Assembly (NCBI GenBank): GCA_017415455.1
Contig: JAFQGS010000118.1
Coordinates: 9,739 to 73,738, forward strand
Origin: Prevotella sp.
Lineage (GTDB): Bacteria; Bacteroidota; Bacteroidia; Bacteroidales; Bacteroidaceae
Direction: 5' to 3'
DNA: 64,000 bases
Below the pieces are notes generated by a model. The model made no database searches. It was not told the DNA's origin and saw only the letters and a program-made list of their open reading frames with translations. Positions 45,370 to 53,890 of this stretch are shown piece by piece. Positions within the stretch are counted from its first letter, which is position 1, and every line of letters begins with the position of its first letter. The translations under genes were made by a program, and so were the position numbers.

Positions 45370-45830
45370 CGGAAAAGCACTGCGTTTTTCGCTGAAAAAG
45401 AAAATCCCGCCGTCCGAAAGATGCCCTTTCGCATGAGTGGCAGACAGACAAGGGCAGTTTATCTGCATGTTAACAATCCCAAAAGAGCATCAAACGGTAC
45501 AGAAAGGCGTGTGTGGCTGTGCGTTTTCTGTGATTCTCAACACCTCGGAAAAGTGATTTCTCATGACTTGCGGACAGAAAAACGGCAGTCATAACATATA
45601 AATCCATGCGTCATCGCATTGATATGGCGGTGCCATCGCTATGCCATGGTGTCAGCATCTCAACTCCATCATGCCATCATGGCTATCCCATCCTGCTGCC
45701 ATGGCTATTTAATCGCAGCACCATGACAACGCCATCATACCGCCACGACAAAGCGATGCTGACACCATGGCATAGCAATCATGGCACCATAGCATAGAAA
45801 TCATGGTATCATAACACAGGAACGACCCTG
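45370..45830. repeat. 22-bp-register degenerate minisatellite (C[CT]GAAA-type units, then CCATGG-type units)
   Basis: CGGAAAAG/CTGAAAAAG/CCGAAAG at 45370/45392/45414. CCATGG/CCATGA/CCACGA/CCATGG/CCATAG at 45699/45721/45743/45765/45787. The units are reverse complements of those at 34.7 and 62.96 kb. Confidence 0.82.
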
Positions 45831-46226
45831 TGAAGAGTATTTTATATATAAAACAACAGACTGATTGTCAACACATTACAAACCAAAACAACACTCATCT
45901 TCCATATTCACGTTGTCGGCAGCAAACAGCACTCATATCCACACGTCTGCCCTGTGCTTAGGTGACGACGACAGGAAAATGGTGTCTGAGGATTGTGTTT
46001 TCTGAGCCGGCGTGCGAGTTTTTTCATTTCGCCGCAAGTATTCCGCACTCTCAGGAAACCAATTTGTCAGTGAAAAGCCGCTTTTGCTGACATTTTGATT
46101 TTACGCACCTGGCAAGGGCCTCCTGCGGGCTCATTTTACGGACTTTCTGCACAATATTCAGCATGACGAATCAGTCACAGGAATAAATTTCGCTTGCGAA
46201 ACTTTAGTTATTATAAATAAAAGCAG

Positions 46227-46234
46227 TAACTTTG
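46227..46234 (+). promoter_or_regulatory. -7 promoter box (TAACTTTG), argS
   Basis: TAnnTTTG-CA, 43 nt upstream of the argS ATG. Confidence 0.5.
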
Positions 46235-46276
46235 CAAGCCAAATAAGACTAATAATAAACAAGGTACAAAAAAGCA

Positions 46277-48100
46277 ATGAATATTGAAGGCAAAATAGTA
46301 TGCTCGGCAATGGCTGCCGTAAAGGAGCTTTACGGACAGGAGGTGGCTGAGAAGATGGTGCAGCTGCAGAAGACAAAGCGCGAGTTTGAGGGCAGCCTCA
46401 CACTGGTGGTGTTCCCATTCTTGAAGATTTCAAAGAAAAGTCCTGAGCAGACAGCGCAGGAGATAGGCGAATATCTGCTGCAGAACTGCGACGCTGTGGC
46501 TTCGTTCAACGTTGTCAAGGGTTTTCTCAATCTCGTAATCGCCGACTCTGCTTGGGTGGAACTGCTCAAGGCCATCGACGCAGACGAGAAGTTCGGCGAG
46601 AAGGCGGCGACAGAGGACAGTCCGCTGGTGATGATAGAGTATTCTTCTCCAAACACCAACAAACCGCTGCACCTGGGTCACGTGCGCAACAACCTGCTTG
46701 GCTGGTCGCTGGCACAGATAATGGCAGCCAACGGCAACAAGGTGGTGAAGACAAACATCGTGAACGACCGAGGCATACACATCTGCAAGTCTATGCTGGC
46801 ATGGCTGAAGTATGGCAACGGCGAGACTCCTGAGTCATCGGGCAAGAAGGGCGACCACCTGATTGGCGACTACTACGTGGCTTTCGACAAGCACTACCGT
46901 GAGGAGGTGAAGGAACTTACGGCACAGTATGTTGCCGGGGGCATGGACGTAGAGGCTGCCGAGAAGAAGGCAAAGGAGGAGGCTCCGCTGATAAAGGAGG
47001 CTCACGACATGCTCGTGAAATGGGAGCAGAACGACCCTGAGGTGCGCTCACTGTGGAAGAAGATGAACGACTGGGTGTATGCAGGCTTTGACGAGACATA
47101 CGCAAAAATGGGCGTGGGCTTTGACAAGATATACTACGAGAGCGACACTTACCTGCGCGGAAAAGCGAAGGTGGAGGAAGGACTGGAGAAGGGTCTCTTT
47201 GAGCGTCACGATGACAACAGCGTGTGGGCAGACCTCACCAACGAGGGACTCGACCAGAAACTGCTGCTCAGAAGCGACGGCACAAGCGTGTATATGACAC
47301 AGGACATCGGTACTGCGGAGATGCGTTTCAAGGATTTCCCTATCGACAAGATGATATACGTGGTGGGCAACGAGCAGAACTACCACTTCCAGGTGCTCTC
47401 CATATTGCTCGACCGCCTTGGCTTCAAGTGGGGCAAGGAGCTTGTTCACTTCTCTTACGGAATGGTGGAGCTGCCAAACGGAAAGATGAAGAGCCGCGAG
47501 GGAACGGTGGTTGACGCCGACGACCTGATGGAGCTGATGGTGGCTGATGCCAAGCGTACAAGCGAGGAGGCTGGCAAATTTGACGACATGACAGAAGAGG
47601 AGCGCAACGAGATAGCACGCATCGTGGGCATGGGAGCACTGAAATACTTCATCCTGAAGGTTGACGCTCGCAAGAACATGCTCTTCAATCCGGAGGAGTC
47701 TATCGACTTCAACGGAAACACCGGTCCGTTCATCCAGTACACTCACGCACGCATCCGCTCTATCCTGCGCAAGGCAGAAGTGGAGTTAGGAATTAGGAAT
47801 TATGAATTAGGAATTAGGAGTACTAACAACTTGTCAACTAAAGAGACCGAACTCATTCAGAAGATGAACGGCTATGCAGATGTTGTGGCACAGGCAGGAA
47901 AGGACTACAGTCCGAGCGGCATTGCCAACTACTGCTATGAGCTGACCAAAGAGTTCAACCAGTTCTATCACGACTACAGCATACTGAAAGAGGAGGACGA
48001 GCAGATACGTATGTTCCGCCTGGTGCTGGCAAAGAACGTGGCAAAGATACTGAGGAACGGTATGGCGCTACTCGGAATAGAGGTGCCGGAAAGAATGTAA
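46277..48100 (+). CDS. argS: arginine--tRNA ligase
   Basis: SSPNTNKPLHLGHVRN (HIGH-type motif), KMKSREG (KMSK-like) and a C-terminal DALR anticodon-binding region; 607 aa. Confidence 0.95.
   Translation: MNIEGKIVCSAMAAVKELYGQEVAEKMVQLQKTKREFEGSLTLVVFPFLKISKKSPEQTAQEIGEYLLQNCDAVASFNVVKGFLNLVIADSAWVELLKAIDADEKFGEKAATEDSPLVMIEYSSPNTNKPLHLGHVRNNLLGWSLAQIMAANGNKVVKTNIVNDRGIHICKSMLAWLKYGNGETPESSGKKGDHLIGDYYVAFDKHYREEVKELTAQYVAGGMDVEAAEKKAKEEAPLIKEAHDMLVKWEQNDPEVRSLWKKMNDWVYAGFDETYAKMGVGFDKIYYESDTYLRGKAKVEEGLEKGLFERHDDNSVWADLTNEGLDQKLLLRSDGTSVYMTQDIGTAEMRFKDFPIDKMIYVVGNEQNYHFQVLSILLDRLGFKWGKELVHFSYGMVELPNGKMKSREGTVVDADDLMELMVADAKRTSEEAGKFDDMTEEERNEIARIVGMGALKYFILKVDARKNMLFNPEESIDFNGNTGPFIQYTHARIRSILRKAEVELGIRNYELGIRSTNNLSTKETELIQKMNGYADVVAQAGKDYSPSGIANYCYELTKEFNQFYHDYSILKEEDEQIRMFRLVLAKNVAKILRNGMALLGIEVPERM
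47784..47818 (+). repeat. heptanucleotide tandem repeat (AATTAGG-like x5) inside argS coding sequence
   Basis: AGTTAGG AATTAGG AATTATG AATTAGG AATTAGG, translated in frame as ELGIRNYELGIRS. Confidence 0.85.
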
Positions 48101-48105
48101 TACGC

Positions 48106-48146
48106 ATGAGGATGTGCTGACAAACCGGCGCATCCTCATTTTTTAT
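48106..48146 (+). terminator. intrinsic terminator after argS
   Basis: ATGAGGATG...CATCCTCAT stem, followed by TTTTTT. Confidence 0.65.
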
Positions 48147-48235
48147 AACAGACATAAAGCGGAACGCCGGCCTTCATGACGGCACGTTACCGCCTTGAGG
48201 GTTATCACTGTCGGACACAACCATCTTAACACACT

Positions 48236-48895
48236 ATGAAATTCTACGTCATCTGGAACGGAGAGAACGCCGGGATATACACATCATGGGCTGAATGCGA
48301 GCAACTGATAAAAGGTGCCAAGGGCATACTGTATAAGTCGTTCAAGACGGAGGAGGAGGCAAAGACCGCCTTCGGCAACGACCCGTATATGTACATCAAA
48401 AAGAACGAGGGAGGCAGAGCGGGAAGGAAAGCGGAAGTGACGGATGTGCCGTCATGGCGCAATGACACCGTACTCCCGCTGCATCCTGACGTGAAGGCAA
48501 ACGCATGGGCTGTGGACGCGGCATGCAGCGGAAATCCCGGCCCTATGGAATACAGAGGTGTAGACCTTGCCACCGGAGCAGAGATATTCCACTTCGGACC
48601 TCAGCTGGGAACAAACAACATAGGCGAGTTTCTTGCAATTGTGCATGCGCTGGCGCTGATGGAAAAGAACAATATCACCGACAGGGTGATATACAGCGAC
48701 AGCCGCAACGCACTGCTCTGGGTAAGGAATATGCAGTGCAAGACAAAGCTCGCACGCACCGAGAAGACAGACTCTCTGTTCAACATCATTGAACGGGCAG
48801 AAAACTGGCTGAAGACTCACTCATTCAGAGTACCAATATATAAATGGGAGACAAAGAAATGGGGAGAGGTGCCGGCTGATTTCGGAAGGAAATAA
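48236..48895 (+). CDS. ribonuclease H family protein with N-terminal RNase H1/viroplasmin-type duplex-binding domain
   Basis: N-terminal KFYVIWNGENAGIYTSWAECEQLIKG...YKSFKTEEEAKTAF. C-terminal RNase HI core (GNPGPMEYRG, NNIGEFLAIVHAL, IYSDS). Confidence 0.86.
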   Translation: MKFYVIWNGENAGIYTSWAECEQLIKGAKGILYKSFKTEEEAKTAFGNDPYMYIKKNEGGRAGRKAEVTDVPSWRNDTVLPLHPDVKANAWAVDAACSGNPGPMEYRGVDLATGAEIFHFGPQLGTNNIGEFLAIVHALALMEKNNITDRVIYSDSRNALLWVRNMQCKTKLARTEKTDSLFNIIERAENWLKTHSFRVPIYKWETKKWGEVPADFGRK

Positions 48896-48948
48896 ACAGA
48901 ACGCCAAAAGGAAATAACAATTTACTAAGGTTATACTGGAGTAGCGAC

Positions 48949-49500
48949 ATGACAGAATTTGAGAAGATGCGCAGCGGAGAGATGTACAGATTTTCTGACG
49001 CGGAAGTGCTCGCCAGCGTACAGCATGCCACCGCTTTGTGCATAAAAATGCAGACAATGGGTGTTGAAGATAGCGAATACAGACAGACGATAGAGGAACT
49101 TATTCCGGGAATTCCAAAGAGCAGCACAGTATGTCCGCCGTTCCACTGCGACCACGGACACGGCATAAAGATTGGGGAGAACACATTCCTGAACTACAAC
49201 TGCACCATGCTTGACGGAGGGCTGATTACCATTGGCAACAACGTGAAGATAGGACCAAACTGCCAGTTTTACACACCGCAGCATCCTTTTGACTACGAGG
49301 AACGACGCAAGCCTATAGAACGGGCATTGCCGATAAGTGTGGGCAACGACACATGGCTGGGAGGTGGTGTAGTGGTTTGCCCTGGCGTGAAGATAGGAAA
49401 CAGATGCATAATAGGAGCAGGAAGCGTGGTGGTGCACGACATTCCTGATGACTGCATGGCGGCAGGGAACCCTGCTGTCGTAAAGAAAAGACTAAGATAA
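48949..49500 (+). CDS. sugar O-acetyltransferase (maltose/galactoside acetyltransferase family)
   Basis: Maa-type N-terminus MRSGEMY and left-handed beta-helix hexapeptide repeats (IGENTFLNYNCTMLD, IGNNVKIGPN, VGNDTWLGGGVVV). Confidence 0.85.
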   Translation: MTEFEKMRSGEMYRFSDAEVLASVQHATALCIKMQTMGVEDSEYRQTIEELIPGIPKSSTVCPPFHCDHGHGIKIGENTFLNYNCTMLDGGLITIGNNVKIGPNCQFYTPQHPFDYEERRKPIERALPISVGNDTWLGGGVVVCPGVKIGNRCIIGAGSVVVHDIPDDCMAAGNPAVVKKRLR

Positions 49501-49523
49501 CAGAGAACCGAGCATAATACCTT

Positions 49524-49994
49524 ATGACAAGAAAAGCGTTACTATTCGTTTGCCTCGGCAATATATGCCGCTCTCCCGCAGCGGAAAGCGTCATGAAAAG
49601 CATGACCGAGGGCAACGACAACTATATTATAGACTCAGCAGCCATAGGACCTTGGCATGTGGGAGAGCTGCCAGACAGCAGAATGCGCAGGCTGGGGACA
49701 CGGAGAGGATACAAATTTGAAAGCAGGGCGAGACAGGTGGAGAGGGCTGACTTCAACCACTATGATTATATCATTGCCATGGACAATGACAACATTAAAG
49801 CCCTTAACGCCCTGGCACGGAACGACAGTGACAGGGAGAAGATAATATGCCTGGCGTCTTTTCTTACCAAACACCCCGGCTTCTCTACTATCCCCGACCC
49901 GTATTATGGCGGCGAGAAGGATTTTGAACTGGCCCTTGACCTCATTGAGGATGCCTGTGAGGGTCTGAAAGTATGGCTGGAGGAGATGGGATAG
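49524..49994 (+). CDS. low molecular weight protein-tyrosine phosphatase
   Basis: CX5R(S/T) P-loop LFVCLGNICRSPAAE and a DPYYG Asp loop. Confidence 0.9.
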   Translation: MTRKALLFVCLGNICRSPAAESVMKSMTEGNDNYIIDSAAIGPWHVGELPDSRMRRLGTRRGYKFESRARQVERADFNHYDYIIAMDNDNIKALNALARNDSDREKIICLASFLTKHPGFSTIPDPYYGGEKDFELALDLIEDACEGLKVWLEEMG

Positions 49995-50082
49995 CAGACA
50001 GCACACGCATCTGTCTTTTGTCTCCGGCATCACTGCATGCAGAAAGACCGCCAGCAAGAATGTTCTATAACACACAATAAGA

Positions 50083-52011
50083 ATGTCTCACATACCGACA
50101 TCTGTCCAGAGTCTCATGCAGCAAAGGATATTGCTTGAGATTGAGTATAACTGCGAGAAAGAGTTGTTCCGCAGGCAGACGGAGCTTGTCGGCATACAGA
50201 AGAAGGTGAAAAGAGGAGACGCGTGGTTTCCTATACGCACCGGGAAAAGCTACTACAACTCACTGAACCAACTGGCAGTGGAGATATTCCAGACTTCGGA
50301 CAGCGACATTGAGCATAACTTTGAGTATAACCGCCCGGTATGCTTTTTCACCATTCACAACGGCAGCATCAAATATCTAAGCATCAACGGAACGGTAAGC
50401 TACGCAGAGAGCAACCGCATGGTAGTGACGGTTCCGGACAACAACTCCATAGGCGAACTGCAACGTTCTGAGCACATAGGGGTGCAGCTGTTCTTTGACG
50501 AGACAAGCTATCGCATGATGTTCGAGGCGTTGGACCGCACAATAAATGCGAAAAACAACAGACTGGCTTATCTGAGAGATCTCTTCTACTCGCAGCAGAA
50601 GGCACAGACTTTTACATTCGCGGCCATCCGCTTCCCATGGCTTAACAGTACCCAGGAGCAGGCAGTGAACAACGTCTTAAGGAGCAAAGACGTGGCTATA
50701 GTACACGGCCCGCCAGGAACAGGCAAGACAACGACTCTTGTGGAGGCTATATACGAGACGCTGCACCGGGAGAGCCAGGTGCTTGTATGCGCACAGAGCA
50801 ATATGGCGGTAGACTGGATAAGCGAGAAACTTGTGGACAGAGGCATCAACGTTCTGAGAATAGGAAATCCGTCGCGAGTGAACGAGAAGATGCTCTCATT
50901 TACGTATGAGCGGAGATTTGAGAACCATCCCGACTATCCTCTTCTATGGACTATAAGAAAGACAATAAGGGAAATGCGGCAAAACCGCAGCAAGCGCAGC
51001 ACAGAGAATTACCACCAGAAGATTGAGCGGCTGAAGAGCAGAGCCACCGAAATAGAGATTCGCATAAATGCTGAGCTGTTTGGTGAGGCACGTGTCATAG
51101 CATGCACACTGGTAGGAGCGGCAAGCAGAGTCCTTAGCGGTATGAAATTTGCCACACTCTTCATTGATGAGGCGGCACAGGCTCTTGAGGCAGCCTGCTG
51201 GATTCCAATACGCAAAGTGTCAAGAGTTGTATTGGCTGGAGACCATTGCCAGCTGCCACCGACGGTGAAAAGCATAGCTGCCGCAAAGGGCGGACTCGCA
51301 AAAACACTGATGGAACGTCTGACGGAGAACAAGCCTGAGGCTGTGAGCCTGCTGAAGGTGCAATACCGCATGAACGACAGCATAATGAGATTCTCAAGTG
51401 AGTGGTTCTACAACGGAGAGCTGGAGAGCGCGCCAATAACCAAACACAGGGGAATACTTGACTATGACTCGCCCATTGACTGGATTGACACCTCACAGAT
51501 GGCCATCGAGAAAGAGAACTGTGAGGAGGAAGGACAAAACATACACTTCCGCGAGCAATTTGTCGGAGAGAACTTTGGACGCATAAACAAAGACGAGGCA
51601 CAGCTCACACTGGATACCTTACTGGCATATTTCAATAAAATAGGAAAGGAACGGGTACTGAGCGAGAGGATTGACATAGGCATCATATCGCCATATCGCG
51701 CACAGGTGCAATACCTGCGGCAGAGGATACGCAAGAAGGATGTATTCAAGCCATACAGGCATTTGATAACCGTGAATACCATTGACGGCTTTCAGGGACA
51801 GGAGCGAGACATCATACTGATATCTATGGTACGCGCAAATGAGGACGGACAGATAGGTTTCCTGAAAGACCTCAGACGAATGAACGTGGCAATGACACGG
51901 GCAAGAATGAAACTTATAATATTGGGTGACGCGCCTACCCTTACCAAACATCCGTTTTATAAAAAGCTGCTTGGATATATAAAGGAGACAAAGGAAAGGG
52001 AATTTTATTAA
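50083..52011 (+). CDS. Upf1/IGHMBP2-like SF1 helicase (AAA_11/AAA_12 type)
   Basis: VHGPPGTGKTTT, FIDEAAQ, LAGDHCQLPPTV, YRMNDSI, TIDGFQGQERDIILIS and MNVAMTRARMKLIILGD motifs. Confidence 0.87.
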   Translation: MSHIPTSVQSLMQQRILLEIEYNCEKELFRRQTELVGIQKKVKRGDAWFPIRTGKSYYNSLNQLAVEIFQTSDSDIEHNFEYNRPVCFFTIHNGSIKYLSINGTVSYAESNRMVVTVPDNNSIGELQRSEHIGVQLFFDETSYRMMFEALDRTINAKNNRLAYLRDLFYSQQKAQTFTFAAIRFPWLNSTQEQAVNNVLRSKDVAIVHGPPGTGKTTTLVEAIYETLHRESQVLVCAQSNMAVDWISEKLVDRGINVLRIGNPSRVNEKMLSFTYERRFENHPDYPLLWTIRKTIREMRQNRSKRSTENYHQKIERLKSRATEIEIRINAELFGEARVIACTLVGAASRVLSGMKFATLFIDEAAQALEAACWIPIRKVSRVVLAGDHCQLPPTVKSIAAAKGGLAKTLMERLTENKPEAVSLLKVQYRMNDSIMRFSSEWFYNGELESAPITKHRGILDYDSPIDWIDTSQMAIEKENCEEEGQNIHFREQFVGENFGRINKDEAQLTLDTLLAYFNKIGKERVLSERIDIGIISPYRAQVQYLRQRIRKKDVFKPYRHLITVNTIDGFQGQERDIILISMVRANEDGQIGFLKDLRRMNVAMTRARMKLIILGDAPTLTKHPFYKKLLGYIKETKEREFY

Positions 52012-52140
52012 GACATCCGTAGCACGGAAAACAATACTTATTCTTAATGAAATATCCATATTTCATATAGAAAACATACAAAAAAGTAATGCAAACAGCA
52101 AAAAAAACGCAAAAAGTTTGGTTGTTTGAAATAAATACCC

Positions 52141-52148
52141 TACCTTTG
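52141..52148 (+). promoter_or_regulatory. -7 promoter box (TACCTTTG), tRNA-Val
   Basis: TAnnTTTG-CA, 21 nt upstream of the tRNA 5' end. Confidence 0.55.
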
Positions 52149-52168
52149 CAACCGCTTACGATAAGTAA

Positions 52169-52243
52169 GGGCGTTTAGCTCAGCTGGTTTAGAGCATCTG
52201 CCTTACAAGCAGAGGGTCGGCGGTTCGAATCCGTCAACGCCCA
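52169..52243 (+). tRNA. tRNA-Val (anticodon TAC)
   Basis: Acceptor GGGCGTT/AACGCCC, D-arm GCTC-AGCTGGTTTA-GAGC, anticodon stem TCTGC/GCAGA with loop CTTACAA, T-arm GGCGG-TTCGAAT-CCGTC. Confidence 0.92.
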
Positions 52244-52249
52244 CAAGAT

Positions 52250-52281
52250 AGAGAAAGTCAGAAAGGCTTTCTCTTTTTTTA
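52250..52281 (+). terminator. intrinsic terminator after tRNA-Val
   Basis: AGAGAAAG-TCAGAAAGG-CTTTCTCT hairpin, followed by TTTTTT. Confidence 0.7.
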
Positions 52282-52395
52282 TATCCTACATGCACACCTC
52301 ACAAAATTCCATGATAATATATAAATATTAACCTAATTTATAAGGTAAAAGACACTTTTGTGACAAGCAGGTGCAATAAAATGGATTTAAATTTG

Positions 52396-52403
52396 TAATT
52401 TTG
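52396..52403 (+). promoter_or_regulatory. -7 promoter box (TAATTTTG), purB
   Basis: TAnnTTTG-CA, 21 nt upstream of the purB ATG. Confidence 0.5.
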
Positions 52404-52423
52404 CACGCAAATAAGTATTAGTC

Positions 52424-53770
52424 ATGGATTTAAATCTACTTACAGCCATTTCACCTATAGACGGTAGATATAGGGGTAAAACAGAATCATTAGCAAATTA
52501 TTTCTCTGAGTATGCGCTCATACGCTACCGCATACGTGTGGAAATAGAGTATTTCATAGCACTTTGCGAATTGCCTTTGCCACAGCTGAAGGACTTCGAC
52601 AATTCTCTTTTCGACTCACTAAGAGACATTTACAGGAACTTTGACGAGAACGGCGCGCAGCGCGTTAAGGATATAGAGAAAGTAACAAACCACGACGTTA
52701 AAGCCGTGGAATACTATATAAAAGAGCAGTTTGACAAAATAGGGAACCTTGACAGCTACAAGGAGTTCATACATTTCGGACTGACATCACAGGATATCAA
52801 CAACACATCCGTGCCTCTTTCAATGAAGGATGCGCTGAATGAGGTGTTCATACCTCAGGTATGCGAGCTTATCGACCAGCTGAAAGAATACGCTGAGGAA
52901 TGGAAGAATGTCTCCATGCTGGCAAAAACTCATGGACAGCCGGCGTCTCCTACACGCCTCGGCAAGGAGATAATGGTATTCGCATACCGTCTGGAGAAGC
53001 AGCTGGAGTCATTACAGGCATGCGAGATGACTGCAAAGTTCGGAGGTGCCACTGGCAACTATAACGCACATCACGTGGCTTATCCTGAATATGACTGGAA
53101 AGCATTCGGCAACAAATTCGTAGCAGAGAAACTCGGACTGACACGCGAGCAATATACAACACAGATAAGCAACTATGACTGTCTTGGAGGAGTGTTTGAC
53201 GCAATACGCCGTATAAACACCATCATCATTGACCTGGACCGCGACTTCTGGATGTATATATCAATGGAATATTTCAAACAGAAGATAAAGGCAGGCGAGG
53301 TTGGTTCAAGCGCCATGCCACACAAGGTGAACCCTATCGACTTTGAGAACAGTGAAGGAAATCTCGGAATATCTAACGCCATACTGCAATTCCTTGCACA
53401 GAAACTGCCAGTAAGCCGTCTGCAGAGAGACCTTACTGACTCTACTGTACTACGTAACATAGGTGTTCCTGTTGGACACAGCATAATATCAATACAGAGC
53501 ACTTTGAAAGGATTGCGCAAGCTTATTCTCAACGAGGAAAGCATCAAGGCTGATCTTGATGACACATGGGCTGTGGTGGCAGAAGCGATACAGACCATAC
53601 TGCGCAGAGAGGCATACCCTAATCCTTATGAGGCACTGAAAGCTCTTACACGCACAAATACAAAGATGACCGAAGAAACAATACACGAGTTCGTAAAGAC
53701 TTTGAATGTCAGTGACAAAGTAAAAGAGGAACTTATGACGATTACACCTTCAAACTATACTGGCGTGTAA
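52424..53770 (+). CDS. purB: adenylosuccinate lyase
   Basis: ISPIDGRY N-terminus and SSAMPHKVNP signature loop; 448 aa. Confidence 0.95.
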   Translation: MDLNLLTAISPIDGRYRGKTESLANYFSEYALIRYRIRVEIEYFIALCELPLPQLKDFDNSLFDSLRDIYRNFDENGAQRVKDIEKVTNHDVKAVEYYIKEQFDKIGNLDSYKEFIHFGLTSQDINNTSVPLSMKDALNEVFIPQVCELIDQLKEYAEEWKNVSMLAKTHGQPASPTRLGKEIMVFAYRLEKQLESLQACEMTAKFGGATGNYNAHHVAYPEYDWKAFGNKFVAEKLGLTREQYTTQISNYDCLGGVFDAIRRINTIIIDLDRDFWMYISMEYFKQKIKAGEVGSSAMPHKVNPIDFENSEGNLGISNAILQFLAQKLPVSRLQRDLTDSTVLRNIGVPVGHSIISIQSTLKGLRKLILNEESIKADLDDTWAVVAEAIQTILRREAYPNPYEALKALTRTNTKMTEETIHEFVKTLNVSDKVKEELMTITPSNYTGV

Positions 53771-53890
53771 ACAGACACAACAAAAGAACAAATATTTACT
53801 ACTATAGAAACGCAACATAACGCGTTGAATAAAAGAGAAAGAAAAAAACAAAATTATTAACCAGCCGTGAGGCTAAAACAATGAATTATT

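Noticed and set aside
45606-45797. 63-aa ORF (His/Pro/Trp/Met-rich) inside the 45.7-kb array.
   Set aside because: It is a by-product of the CCATGG-rich repeats. Because 22 is not a multiple of 3, the repeat is not read consistently. There is no promoter or start context. The same reasoning applies to the small ORFs at 13086-13468.
45935-45943. DnaA-box-like ATATCCACA in the long argS-upstream gap, raising the question of whether the gap is oriC.
   Set aside because: There is a single 8/9 match only. There is no cluster of boxes, no adjacent AT-rich unwinding element that I could define, and no dnaA or dnaN nearby.
52381-52438. ATGGATTTAAATTTGTAA mini-ORF (MDLNL-stop), duplicating the first five codons of purB 43 bp upstream: a possible leader peptide.
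   Set aside because: The candidate purB -7 box (52396-52403) overlaps the mini-ORF, so it would lie upstream of the TSS. It is more likely a small duplication than a translated leader. It could be revisited if TSS data place the start further upstream.
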